Positions 20,228-29,745 of a stretch of DNA of 64,000 nt are shown here, one piece after another; positions within the stretch are counted from its first letter, which is position 1; every line of letters begins with the position of its first letter. This stretch comes from Bradymonadia bacterium (GTDB taxonomy: Bacteria > Myxococcota_A > Bradymonadia > UBA7976 > UBA1532), in NCBI GenBank assembly GCA_046290225.1, contig JBKAGE010000043.1, forward strand, positions 1 to 64,000, written 5' to 3'. The translations under genes and the position numbers were made by a program. The notes beneath the pieces are model-generated. The model was not told the origin of the DNA and did no database searches. It saw nothing but the letters and a program-made list of their open reading frames with translations.

Positions 20228-20234
20228 TCGCACC

Positions 20235-20876
20235 TCAGCCTCCTGGGGCATAAAACCTCGCCTTGGTCCCCGCCTCGATGCCCGCCTGTGCGGCAACGCC
20301 GGCGTTGAGTTCGAGCACATACCGCGAGGGCTTGCCCACAGAGCGCCCCTGAAGGTTCAGAGGCGGCACATCGGCCAGCACGCCCACCACTTGCCACTCC
20401 TCGTCGAGGAACACCATGTCCAGAGGGATCAGGGTGTTCTTCATCCAGAAGCTCTGCACGCGGGTGGTGGGCATCAAGAAGACCATGCCCCAATCATCGG
20501 CCATGCTGTCGCGACACATCAGCCCGCGTTGGGTCTCGTAGGACTCGTCCACCACCTCTACGCGGTATTGACGGGGGCCCATGGGTGTCTCGAAGACCAG
20601 GCGTCCGGTCTCGCTGTTCGCCACCCCGGTCATCGCCGGGGGTTTGATACATGCGGACTCCATGCAGCGCTCTACGGGGCCGCAGCCGTTCACCCGGGGG
20701 GTCCAGGTCGGCGTGCAGTCTTGATCACGCTCACAGGTCTTGCCTTCGGGCGTGCTCGATCCCCCCTGAGCTCCAGGATCAGGATCAGGCGTCGCCGAGT
20801 TGGAGGGCGGACTGCTGCAGGCGGGCGCCCAGGCGAGGGCGCTCAGCGCGAGAGACAAAGAGATAAATTGCTTCAT
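20235..20876 (-). CDS. DUF192-domain lipoprotein with Cys-rich N-terminal module
   Basis: Signal ending WAPAC; C-x5-C...C..C.C module; RGLM.R, FWMKNTLIPLDMVFLD and YVLELNAG are DUF192 motifs. Confidence 0.9.
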   Translation of the reverse strand: MKQFISLSLALSALAWAPACSSPPSNSATPDPDPGAQGGSSTPEGKTCERDQDCTPTWTPRVNGCGPVERCMESACIKPPAMTGVANSETGRLVFETPMGPRQYRVEVVDESYETQRGLMCRDSMADDWGMVFLMPTTRVQSFWMKNTLIPLDMVFLDEEWQVVGVLADVPPLNLQGRSVGKPSRYVLELNAGVAAQAGIEAGTKARFYAPGG

Positions 20877-20878
20877 GA

Positions 20879-22777
20879 TCAGGGGGCCTCACCGAGCAGG
20901 CGCGTCAGATAGGCGCGGTTCGCGCCGAGAAACCGACTGGGACCCTCGCCGGCGAGCTCTGCCCGCTCTTCAAAGCTGCGGAACTCACCGCGATCCATCA
21001 GGCCGCCGTCGGTGTCGACGGGATTGTGCACGTCACCGTCCACACTCGCCAGTCCAAGGGTGTGACCCACCTCGTGAGAGATGGTGGTGCCCACGAGGTT
21101 GCCCAGCACTCTGATGGCCTCCCGGGCGATGATCTCACGGGGGGCGCCAGGGGCGAGATCCGCTCGCGACATGGACTGAGCCTCTGCAGACAACGCCGGG
21201 CTGAAGGGGCTGAAGATCTTGTCGAAGGCCGGAGACGCGATGATGGCCGGGGTGGGGTGATCTGGCGACAACGTGAGGAACGATTCCACGAAGACGCCCC
21301 CGTAGGCCAGGATGCCAGCAGCGGCGCTCTCAGCGTTGAGACCGCCAATGCGCTCTGAGAGAGAGATGTTGCCGTCATCCTTCTCGAGGGTGTTGTCCAG
21401 ACCGAAGAGGCCGAGGTTGTTCGGATCCCGCCCACCGATGTCCACGGTGACGTACTCCGCCCAGCCCGCCGGGCGAGTCTCGGAGAAGTCTACCCTGAAC
21501 CCGTCGAAGTCGCGGCGGCAGACCTCGAGCACCCTGGCCCTGATCTCCGGCTCGGCCCACTGCAACCCGAAGAGCGCGAGGCCCTCGGAGAAGCCCGGTC
21601 GGTAGTTGAGCCAGACCTTCTGGGTCATGGGGGCCACATGCAGCGTGGCGGGCACCGGATCGGTGTCGACGCGATCGAGTCCGCTGAAGAGGCTGACGAC
21701 GAAGGTGCCGGTGAAGGTGCCCGCGTTTGCGCCCAGCCCCACCAGTTCGCCCGTCTCGGGATGTTGTTGTGTCTGGAGAGTGGCCCTGATCTCACCATTG
21801 TCGAGCCAGACCTGTGGCATCAGCCGGAAAGCTGTGGGGCCTTCGAGCACCTGAGGGGGACCGCCGAGATCGGACTGAAATGTACCTGTAGCCGTAATGA
21901 GGGTGGCGGTTCTGGCCCGGGGATCGTTGGGCAGGAAGCCGTTGCCCGTGAGCGTGATGGTCTGCCCACGGGCCACCACCGCAGGGTCGATCGCCTCGAC
22001 CTGAGGTGCTTCTTGAACAAGCTCCACCACGACGGGCTCGCTTTCACGCTCCACCCCTTCGAGATCGGTGGTGCGCAGCGTCGCCTGTCCAAAGAAGCGC
22101 CCGGGCGCGAGGCTGAGCATGCTGGGCTTGAGGTAGAACACCCCTTCACGTCGCCCCACGCGGCTCGTGAGGGGGAGGATGGCCTCGGTGAGATCCCAGC
22201 CGCCACCATAGGCGTCGTCGAAGCGCCCGGAGAGAGACAGGTAGCTCTGACCCTCGCCTTCGCTGATGAAGCCTTCTCCCTGGGCGATGAGGACCGCACC
22301 GGGGGCCACCCTCGCGGGGCCGAGCTCGGACAGCTGCGGAGACAGGCTCGGTCGATGTTCGAAGGAGAGTGGGGCGAATGTCTGGAGCGTGACCTCGCGA
22401 TCAGCAGGGCGTACGACGACCTCGACATCACCGGCAAAAACACCGCCCTCACCATGCCCCGCAGCCTCCAGGGCCGCCTGAGTCACCGTGAGGCGCAGCG
22501 CAGTCCCCGTGAGCTCTGCAATTGGGAAGGTCAGCGTGACAGGATCATCGTCGAGGGTGCCCAGCAAGCGTACAGAAGTCTCGCCGGCGGGTGGGGTCAG
22601 GAAGCCGCTGCCGACGAAAGAGAGCGTCGAACCCGGCACCACGATGCCTGCAGTGAGCCCTTGAAGAGTCGGAGGCTCAGGTGGCGCGCCGTCGGGATCC
22701 GGTACGTTGTCGGTGCAGGCGGCGAGCAAGGCAGATCCGAGAAGAGCAGGCCCGAGGCCCAGGTATCTGCACATCAT
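20879..22777 (-). CDS. Lipoprotein with IPT/TIG-like repeats and C-terminal metzincin-like zinc peptidase
   Basis: Start reassigned to ATG 22777 (lipobox LLAAC); repeated P....G..L...G.GF motifs; HEVGHTLGL and Met-turn-like GGLMD. Confidence 0.7.
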   Translation of the reverse strand: MMCRYLGLGPALLGSALLAACTDNVPDPDGAPPEPPTLQGLTAGIVVPGSTLSFVGSGFLTPPAGETSVRLLGTLDDDPVTLTFPIAELTGTALRLTVTQAALEAAGHGEGGVFAGDVEVVVRPADREVTLQTFAPLSFEHRPSLSPQLSELGPARVAPGAVLIAQGEGFISEGEGQSYLSLSGRFDDAYGGGWDLTEAILPLTSRVGRREGVFYLKPSMLSLAPGRFFGQATLRTTDLEGVERESEPVVVELVQEAPQVEAIDPAVVARGQTITLTGNGFLPNDPRARTATLITATGTFQSDLGGPPQVLEGPTAFRLMPQVWLDNGEIRATLQTQQHPETGELVGLGANAGTFTGTFVVSLFSGLDRVDTDPVPATLHVAPMTQKVWLNYRPGFSEGLALFGLQWAEPEIRARVLEVCRRDFDGFRVDFSETRPAGWAEYVTVDIGGRDPNNLGLFGLDNTLEKDDGNISLSERIGGLNAESAAAGILAYGGVFVESFLTLSPDHPTPAIIASPAFDKIFSPFSPALSAEAQSMSRADLAPGAPREIIAREAIRVLGNLVGTTISHEVGHTLGLASVDGDVHNPVDTDGGLMDRGEFRSFEERAELAGEGPSRFLGANRAYLTRLLGEAP

Positions 22778-22788
22778 CTGCGGAGAGA

Positions 22789-23106
22789 TCAGTCGTCCTG
22801 CCTGCAATAGGCCACGGGGCTCTCGTCTTCCTCGTAGCAGCTGTAGCCCGAGCGGCAATCGTCGGCGCTGGCGCAGCCGCGCATGCAGTAGGTCTCTCGA
22901 TTTTCGAACTCGACGCACACCGCCTCCTCTGGGCAGCTGCCCGGGGCGCAGGGGGTCACCGTGCAGTAGCCGTCTCTGGAGTCCAGATCGCACAGACGGC
23001 CCACACCACACTCGGCGTTGGAGCTGCAGTCATCACCGATCTCCTTGCCACAGCCCGTGGCGGAGACGAGGGCAAAGAGCAGAGAGAGGCAGTGTATCCG
23101 ATGCAT
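22789..23106 (-). CDS. Small cysteine-rich lipoprotein
   Basis: 105 aa; lipobox SATGC; mature part Cys-rich (IGDDCSSNAECG..C...GYCT..C...C....C...CMRGC....CRSGYSC), a myxobacterial-type disulfide module. Confidence 0.8.
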   Translation of the reverse strand: MHRIHCLSLLFALVSATGCGKEIGDDCSSNAECGVGRLCDLDSRDGYCTVTPCAPGSCPEEAVCVEFENRETYCMRGCASADDCRSGYSCYEEDESPVAYCRQDD

Positions 23107-23211
23107 GGGGGTTCATGCTCCTGAGGCTGGCCCGGAGGCGTCATGGCCGGCGATTGGTAGCAGAGGGCCGGGTCTTGAGCAACAGGGGCAGGTACGAGGG
23201 TCCGGAAGGCG

Positions 23212-25311
23212 CTACTCGGAGAGGGCCTCGCGCATCTCGGCGTCAGCGGCCTGCACCTCGGCGCTGGCGGCCTTGATGCGCTGGGAGATCTCCCACTTAC
23301 GCCACCAGGCGAGGTTCACCTGACCAAACTGGGCCTCGCCCACATAACGGTCGAGGTTGCTCTGAGCCACAGAGCGCAGATCGCCGGCGAGGGCTTCGGC
23401 GCTCTGAGATTGTGCCTTCAGCTGGCTCCCAAGACGGGCGAGGCGGGGGCTCTCTTCCGACAAAGTGCGGGTGATGCGGTTGCGGTAGTCGCGCTCGTAG
23501 CGATCGAGGGCTGTGGCGAAGCGCCCCAGGCGGCCCCGCAGGCGCTCGGTGCTGCGACGGATCTCGGTGAAGGCTGGCATGGCTTCTGGGGCCACCGCCG
23601 TGAGGCGGCCGCTGGGTACACCGCTGCGAGGGGGACCCTGACGGGCGGCGGCCTCAGCATCCTTGAGGCGGTTTTCGAAGGCGGCGAGCTGGGCCTCGAG
23701 GCCCTTGTGAATCTCGCGGCCTCGGGCCACCGAAGGCAGCGCCCCTTGAGTTTTGGCCAGGGCGCTGATCTCCTCGAGCAGCCCCTGGACCGACTCGAGC
23801 TCGGTGGACTGCAAAATCAAATCGGTCTCGAGGGTGCGCATGTACCGGGCATCCTCAGGGGCGCTCCAGGCCAGGAGGGCCTCGGGGAACATGCGGGGAT
23901 CAGCCCCCAGATCCGCTGCGAGCTGGTCTGCGCGCTTCTGAAGGGCCTGCTCCATCTGCTTGTAGTCGCTCTCGGCGGCTTCGTACTGAGTGGCCTGGGC
24001 CATGAGCTGAGCCCGCCACAGACGCAGCCGGGCGCTGCTCAGATCTTCGGAGCGGCGACGGAGCTGGCGATCGACCAGCCGCCGGCTCCAGTCGAAGTCA
24101 CCGCGCTTGGAGAGCACGAAGCTGGCTTCAGCGAGGGCTGCGGTCTCTTCAGGGCTGCCCAGGACCAGCACCCGTCGGTAGTGGCGCCACGATTTGGCGA
24201 AGTCACCGCGAGCGGCGTGCAGTCGGCCGAGGGCGAGGGCCGTGAGATGGCCCACGTGATCGCGCGTCTGGATGGCCTGGGCCTCTTCGTCCGTGCCTTC
24301 CTGAGCTGCGAGGGCGGCCATCTCGGCTTCGAAGCGCCCTTGTGGATCGGCCTCGGGCTCGATGTCTTCGCCGTCGAGGGCGATGACCTCAAGTTGCTCC
24401 GGGCCCTTGTGAGCCCTGGCCTCACTCTCGAGGGTGGCGAGGTCGAAGCCTGCTTCGGGCAGCGCTGTAGGCGGTTTCTCTGCCTTCGCTGCTGCGAGCT
24501 GGCTGTCATAGACCTCAAGGGCTGACTCGAAGGCCTCGATGGCCTTCACCTGGTGATCGTCGCGCAGATAGACCACCCCGACGAAGTAGAGGGCCTTGAG
24601 CCGGTGCGGATCAGCTTCGTCGGCGCCGATTTGCTCCAGCATTGCCCGAGCCACGCTCAGGCGACCGGCGCCGTAGAGGGCCTTGGCGTACTGGTAGCGG
24701 ATGTCCCGGTCTTCAGTCTCCAGCTCGGCGTCGCCGCGGAGGGACTGGTAGCGATCCCAGAAGCGTTGCAAATCGCCGATGGGGGCGTTGGAGCCCGCCA
24801 CGGTGAGGTAGCGGGAGAGGGTGTGTCGGTAGGCAGAGGGCAGCGCGCGCTGCCCGAGGGCTTCTTTGAAGCGGGCGCTGCTCGCCGACTCCATGCCCAG
24901 GTGCCACAGGGCCTCGGCGAGATAGGTGAGGGCCTCGCCGTATCCGGGATGATCTTTGAAGCTCTCCTGACCCGTCAGCTCTACGAGCCGGAGTACGGCA
25001 AGCACATAGTCTTCTCGGAAGAACGCGATCTGAGCGTCGTTCAGGGCTTCGATGGCGTCTTCCCGATCGAGGCGGGCGTGGCGTTCGAAGTTGAGCCGGG
25101 CGAGGCGCAGGCTGCGGTTGAGCGAGCGCAGCTCGTGAATGAGCCCCACGCGGGCGTCGCCATCGACCCGGGTGCCTGCCTCAGCAGAGCTCGGTGCCAC
25201 AGAGAGGCCTGCGGGGACCAGCAGGCTCAGCATCAGCCCCCAGGGCAGCGCGAGGCGCCGGCCGGACCGAATCAGGGACGAGGCAGAAGATTTCACGGGC
25301 GAGTGCGCCAC
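23212..25311 (-). CDS. Exported TPR/coiled-coil protein, distant GltC-like paralogue
   Basis: GTG at 25311 with GGGAG RBS; signal peptide ending AEA; TPRs (ALTYLAEAL, ALYFVGVVY, LALGRLH) followed by a long coiled coil. Confidence 0.65.
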   Translation of the reverse strand: MAHSPVKSSASSLIRSGRRLALPWGLMLSLLVPAGLSVAPSSAEAGTRVDGDARVGLIHELRSLNRSLRLARLNFERHARLDREDAIEALNDAQIAFFREDYVLAVLRLVELTGQESFKDHPGYGEALTYLAEALWHLGMESASSARFKEALGQRALPSAYRHTLSRYLTVAGSNAPIGDLQRFWDRYQSLRGDAELETEDRDIRYQYAKALYGAGRLSVARAMLEQIGADEADPHRLKALYFVGVVYLRDDHQVKAIEAFESALEVYDSQLAAAKAEKPPTALPEAGFDLATLESEARAHKGPEQLEVIALDGEDIEPEADPQGRFEAEMAALAAQEGTDEEAQAIQTRDHVGHLTALALGRLHAARGDFAKSWRHYRRVLVLGSPEETAALAEASFVLSKRGDFDWSRRLVDRQLRRRSEDLSSARLRLWRAQLMAQATQYEAAESDYKQMEQALQKRADQLAADLGADPRMFPEALLAWSAPEDARYMRTLETDLILQSTELESVQGLLEEISALAKTQGALPSVARGREIHKGLEAQLAAFENRLKDAEAAARQGPPRSGVPSGRLTAVAPEAMPAFTEIRRSTERLRGRLGRFATALDRYERDYRNRITRTLSEESPRLARLGSQLKAQSQSAEALAGDLRSVAQSNLDRYVGEAQFGQVNLAWWRKWEISQRIKAASAEVQAADAEMREALSE

Positions 25312-25698
25312 AGCGTGCTCCCGGTGGTTGTTCGTACAGGCGGGCCCACCGCCGACTGGGTGCATCGCGACCCCCGCCTGCCTCTCTTGAGACACCTGAA
25401 GGTGGGTGTTGATTGCACTTGAGTCCACATGACGACCGATTGTCACTTTTCTGTCGGTCCATCATGCAGAAATTCATCATCGCCGCTGCAGTGAGATTCG
25501 GCCACACATCGGCACCCTGCCTCACTGCGCGCCTCGGACGCCTTCAGAGCGCGCAGGCCACGGCATCATAATAAGCAAATTCGGTTCCGATCGTGAAAGA
25601 GACACCTGGCCTTCGATCGTCGCCGGATCGCCCTGGATGGTGGTCTTTGAGCGTGGGTGGTGGCACCCTGCCGGGGTTCGAGAGATGGAGGAGTGCAG

Positions 25699-28074
25699 AT
25701 GAGACAACGCAGGGTGTGGTCGGCAGCAGCGGTGATGTGCCTGCTCGGCATCGTCGGATGTGGTGGTGGCCCGGAGAAGCCCGTTGCCATGGAAGCCCCT
25801 GTGGAGCGGGTGGACAGCAGCCCCTTCACCGATGGTGAGTACGTGGAGCGGCTGTGGAGCCAACAGGGCCAGCTCTGGGCCCTGGGGGCCCACGGACTGG
25901 TCCGGTGGTTCCCCACGGAGCGTCGATTCGAGCGCATCGAGCGCCCTGCAGAGATCGAAGGCGCGGTGACCGCCGTGGCCCGGGTGCAGGGCACCTGGTA
26001 CTTCGGTCTGTCTCGAGGGCTCGCATGGCAGAGCGCTGATGGCCAGTGGGGCTTCGCCGCCGCCGGCCCCCTCGCCGCAGGTGTCACTGCTCTGCTCCCT
26101 GGTGAGGGTGGCGCCTTGTGGGTGGGCACCCCCGGTGGCCTCGGCCGCTGGCAGGCAGGTGCGTTGGAGATGGTCTCCCGCAGATATCGCGTGCAGTCCC
26201 TCGCCCGGACACCGAATGGCAAGCTGTGGGCCGCCACGGCTGGTCACGGCGTGGTGGAGATCGGTGAGGGTGCTCTGGTGGAGCACGTACCTGAGCAGGG
26301 TGTGTGCGATCTCAACGTGACCGCCGTCTCGGCCTCGCCCGAGGGCCGGGTGGTGGCGATGTGTCCGGGCCGACAGTCCATCGCCATCCTCGATCAAGGC
26401 CAGTGGACCACCTGGCGGATCACCGGCGCCGGCGGCCCGCTCAAGGCGGTGGTGCCCTACGGGGCAGGGGCGATGATTTGGGCTGGAGATCGTCTCTGGC
26501 AGGCCCAGTTTGGCCTGCAGGCCCCATCGGCAGCTGGGGCCACGGGGCCCCGCCTGGTGGCCATGGCAGCACCGAAGATCGCAGCGCCGAAGATCGCCGC
26601 GCCGCCCATCGCTGCGCCACCATCAGGGGAGGCTTCGCCCGAGACGCCTGCGAGCAAGGCAACAGAGCCAGCTTCTTCCCCAGAGCCAGCAACTTCCCCA
26701 GAGCCAGCAACTTCCCCAGAGACTGAAGCGGCGCCGACGAAGCCAGCGCCTGCAGATACGCCGCCATCTGAGTCTTCTCCCTCTGAGAGCACGCCGTCGG
26801 GGACTGGCGCCGACGAAGACAGCCCCACCACACCGCCTCAACAAGGCCGCGTCGACTGGGAGCGCCCCATGTGGGCTCAGGCGTCGCCCTCTGATGCGTC
26901 AGCCAGCGACACCGCCACGGATGCCCAGTCTCCGTCGAATCCTCTGGACGTCACCATCACCGACACCCAATGGCCCATCCAGCGGTCCAAGGTCACTCCA
27001 GGCCCGGGAGATGGTCGAGTCATCGCGCTGCTCCGTCATCAGGCGTCCTCTGGGCTGAAGTTCACTGCGGCCACGGCGATGCCAGATGGCACACTCTGGA
27101 TCGCCCGGCCTCACCGCGGCCTCACCAGCTGGAAGGGTGATCAGCAGACCAGCCTGCGCACGAAGAGCCTTGCTGGGGGGGATGGTCGGGGTCGTCTGCT
27201 CACAGATGGCTCCGGAGACGTCATCTTGAAGTACGGCAATGGTCTTCTGAGGCTTCACGAGGGGCGTTGGCGTTCGTGGTCCCCGGCCCCTGCGGGGACC
27301 CGAGTGCTCACCCTGGGTCCTGATCCCCGAGGCGGCGCATGGGCGTTGGCCCATCAGCCAGGGGGCGACGAGTTGCTGGTGTTGAAGGGCTTTGGCCAGG
27401 GCCAGTGGAACATCGTCGCCCGCCTGCCTGGGATGTTGCCCACCATGCCTTCCGCAGGTCGGCTCGTCGTCTCTCCAGAGGGCATCATCTACTGCCCGCT
27501 CTTCAGGACCGACAGCGCAGGCCGTGCTCGGGGAGAAGGGCTGCTCAAGATCAGCCCCGACCTTCAGACTACCGAGCGGTGGATGGGGGACTTGCTCACG
27601 GCCGTGGAGCCGGATCCCAGTATTCCCCACCTGCCCGACGGGTGGATCAACGGGGTCTTCCCCGACGGTGGCGTGGTCTGGGTGGCCACCAACGCCGGGC
27701 TGGTTCGGGTGGAGGGGGCCACGGTGAAGGTCTTCGACGAGAACGCCTACATGGACAGCGAAGTGGTCTTCAACACCGCCACGGAGAGTGGGCGTATCTG
27801 GGTCGCTACGCTCGAGGGCCTTGGCCAGATCGTCGACGGCGCCTGGAAGCCTGCACGTGCACCTGAGGGGCTCGCCTCGGAGATGCGCGACCTGCTCAAG
27901 ACCTCGAAGGGTACGATTTACGCTGCTGGGACGGCCGGCGCATGGCGACGGGCGGAGGGGGCGTGGCGCTCTATGGGGACCATGTCGGGCGTGCTCGAGC
28001 TCGTCGACGATGGCCGGGGCAAGGTCTGGGCCCTCACCGAGGCGGGGGTGCGTGCGCTCACTCAGCAGCCTTGA
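25699..28074 (+). CDS. Lipoprotein with two-component-regulator-propeller-like beta-propeller repeats and low-complexity linker
   Basis: ATG 25699 after GGAGG; lipobox IVGC; repeats G.LWVGT.GGL, GKLWAAT.G.G, VWVATNAGL and IWVATLEGL; P/A/S/T/E-rich insert. Confidence 0.75.
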   Translation: MRQRRVWSAAAVMCLLGIVGCGGGPEKPVAMEAPVERVDSSPFTDGEYVERLWSQQGQLWALGAHGLVRWFPTERRFERIERPAEIEGAVTAVARVQGTWYFGLSRGLAWQSADGQWGFAAAGPLAAGVTALLPGEGGALWVGTPGGLGRWQAGALEMVSRRYRVQSLARTPNGKLWAATAGHGVVEIGEGALVEHVPEQGVCDLNVTAVSASPEGRVVAMCPGRQSIAILDQGQWTTWRITGAGGPLKAVVPYGAGAMIWAGDRLWQAQFGLQAPSAAGATGPRLVAMAAPKIAAPKIAAPPIAAPPSGEASPETPASKATEPASSPEPATSPEPATSPETEAAPTKPAPADTPPSESSPSESTPSGTGADEDSPTTPPQQGRVDWERPMWAQASPSDASASDTATDAQSPSNPLDVTITDTQWPIQRSKVTPGPGDGRVIALLRHQASSGLKFTAATAMPDGTLWIARPHRGLTSWKGDQQTSLRTKSLAGGDGRGRLLTDGSGDVILKYGNGLLRLHEGRWRSWSPAPAGTRVLTLGPDPRGGAWALAHQPGGDELLVLKGFGQGQWNIVARLPGMLPTMPSAGRLVVSPEGIIYCPLFRTDSAGRARGEGLLKISPDLQTTERWMGDLLTAVEPDPSIPHLPDGWINGVFPDGGVVWVATNAGLVRVEGATVKVFDENAYMDSEVVFNTATESGRIWVATLEGLGQIVDGAWKPARAPEGLASEMRDLLKTSKGTIYAAGTAGAWRRAEGAWRSMGTMSGVLELVDDGRGKVWALTEAGVRALTQQP
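26566..26625. repeat. 4 x 15-bp in-frame repeat (AAPKI/AAPPI)
   Basis: gcagcaccgaagatc gcagcgccgaagatc gccgcgccgcccatc gctgcgccaccatca. Confidence 0.85.
26663..26716. repeat. 3 x 18-bp in-frame repeat (EPATSP)
   Basis: cagagccagcttcttccc followed by 2 x cagagccagcaacttccc. Confidence 0.9.
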
Positions 28075-29605
28075 AGGCCTCGTGACCGGGGCCCAGGATC
28101 CGGGGCAGGTAGGTGGTGAAGTCGAACTTGGGCGAGTGGTGGGCGTTGTGGCACGTCTTGCACATGTCTTCGGTCGACTTGAGCGTCACCGAGGCTTCAT
28201 CCCCACCCACATCGGCGTGCCGCTCCGCAGGGCCGTGACACACCTCGCACTGCACATTGGTCAGGTTGCGCAGATCGCGCAGTGACACCCCTCCAGGCTT
28301 CAGCCAGCCCGTGACGTGACACGAGACACACTCTGCGTCGAAGGTCTTGTCGGCATCGACGAGGGTCTGCCAAGCCCGGGCATGAGGCGTGGTCTCCCAG
28401 ACCTGAATCGCCTCTTCGTGACAATCAGCACAGGCATTGACGCCGACATACGCATTGCCTTCTGGGGCTGGCGGCGGCTCGGGGGCGTGGGCCACGTTGA
28501 GCATGGCCAGTTTCTGAGCGTACACCTCCATCAGCGGGGCGATGCGTGGGTCGGAGATCGTGTCCTTTGCCACGGGGACCAGCGTGTATTCGAGATACCG
28601 GCCTTCGCCCTGAGCCACCTGGGCCATCAAGGCATCACGCTCTTTGCCCAGGGCTCGCAGCTGATCCACGAGGGCGCGATCCCGGCTGCGCTTGTAGGCA
28701 TCGGCTTTGAGCCGGATCTGCAAGTCGAGGGTTTGAATCGCCCGTTGACGATCGCCCTCCGGATCACTGAATGGCCCAGGCAGAGCACCGCCATGGAGCA
28801 CCACCCGCCCCACATTGCGCCCTCGATCGCCGGCTTCGATGATGAAGGCGCTTCGGGCCTTCGATGTGAGGGCCTGCTCTCGGGGGTGATCGCCGAGGGC
28901 CCAGAGGTCCACACCCTTGATCTTGCGGGCTGCCCGCCTCAAACCCCGCCGGGGCAGATCAGCGAGGCCCACGATCACCTGAGCGCCTTGTGCCTTCAGC
29001 GCATCGACAGCAGCCTGAGCTGCAGGGATGATCGCCTGAGGATCCCCCCCGGGCGTGGCCCCCCCGTCGGGGTTGGCGAGGCCGAAGAGCCCCACCTTGA
29101 GATCACCCAGTTGCATGACCTGGGCGCCCACGGCCTTCTCCACCGCATCTCCGGAAAGATTCACGGTGACATTGGGCGTCTTCCAGGTCTTCCGCAGGGC
29201 GCGATAGAGGTCTGGACCGCGCTTGAGCTCGAATGACGAGGGCACATAGGCGTCCACCTTGATGCGGGCGAGACTCTCCGCGAGCAGGCGGGCCTTCTCT
29301 TCAGTTTGCGGCACCATGTGATCAGGCACGGGCTCGCGATCGAAGAGGGTGGGGCCTACGGCGACGACGAGGGTGGGCCCCTCGGCCCGGGCCTGCTCGA
29401 TCACCGTGGCCAGGCGGTCGATGCCGCCGAGCGTGAGATCGATGGTGCATCCACAGGGCTCGATGTAGCCCACGAGGGAGGACACGATGATGAGCTGGGG
29501 ATCACCTTTCTGAGCTGCAGGTGTGCTCTCGGGCGCACCGCCACCACAGGCGGAGAGCCCAATCACCGAGACCATCACCCACATCCACACGCGCCAGAGT
29601 CGCAC
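28058..29605 (-). CDS. Lipoprotein: UshA/5'-nucleotidase-like domain fused to tetraheme c-type cytochrome (c554-like)
   Basis: GTG 29605 after AGGAGG; lipobox LSAC; GYIEPCGC...GGIDR; four CxxCH motifs (CADCH, CVSCH, CEVCH, CKTCH). Confidence 0.85.
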   Translation of the reverse strand: MRLWRVWMWVMVSVIGLSACGGGAPESTPAAQKGDPQLIIVSSLVGYIEPCGCTIDLTLGGIDRLATVIEQARAEGPTLVVAVGPTLFDREPVPDHMVPQTEEKARLLAESLARIKVDAYVPSSFELKRGPDLYRALRKTWKTPNVTVNLSGDAVEKAVGAQVMQLGDLKVGLFGLANPDGGATPGGDPQAIIPAAQAAVDALKAQGAQVIVGLADLPRRGLRRAARKIKGVDLWALGDHPREQALTSKARSAFIIEAGDRGRNVGRVVLHGGALPGPFSDPEGDRQRAIQTLDLQIRLKADAYKRSRDRALVDQLRALGKERDALMAQVAQGEGRYLEYTLVPVAKDTISDPRIAPLMEVYAQKLAMLNVAHAPEPPPAPEGNAYVGVNACADCHEEAIQVWETTPHARAWQTLVDADKTFDAECVSCHVTGWLKPGGVSLRDLRNLTNVQCEVCHGPAERHADVGGDEASVTLKSTEDMCKTCHNAHHSPKFDFTTYLPRILGPGHEAFKAAE

Positions 29606-29745
29606 CGCGACACCTCCTGATTGTTCGTCCGCGCTCGCCACCTTCTCCGACGTGCGCGGCGGGATGATACCTGATCATCGGCCCCGACGTTGACTCTATG
29701 CCCGAGGGTGGTCGACACTCTGCCGCTGAGCACTGTGGAGCACCT

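Noticed and set aside
22778..23011. Upstream extensions in the ORF track (also 17360..17623, 25312..25446, 51565..51690, 60310..60387)
   Set aside because: They overlap neighbouring genes or promoters; downstream starts have an RBS and/or signal peptide or lipobox.
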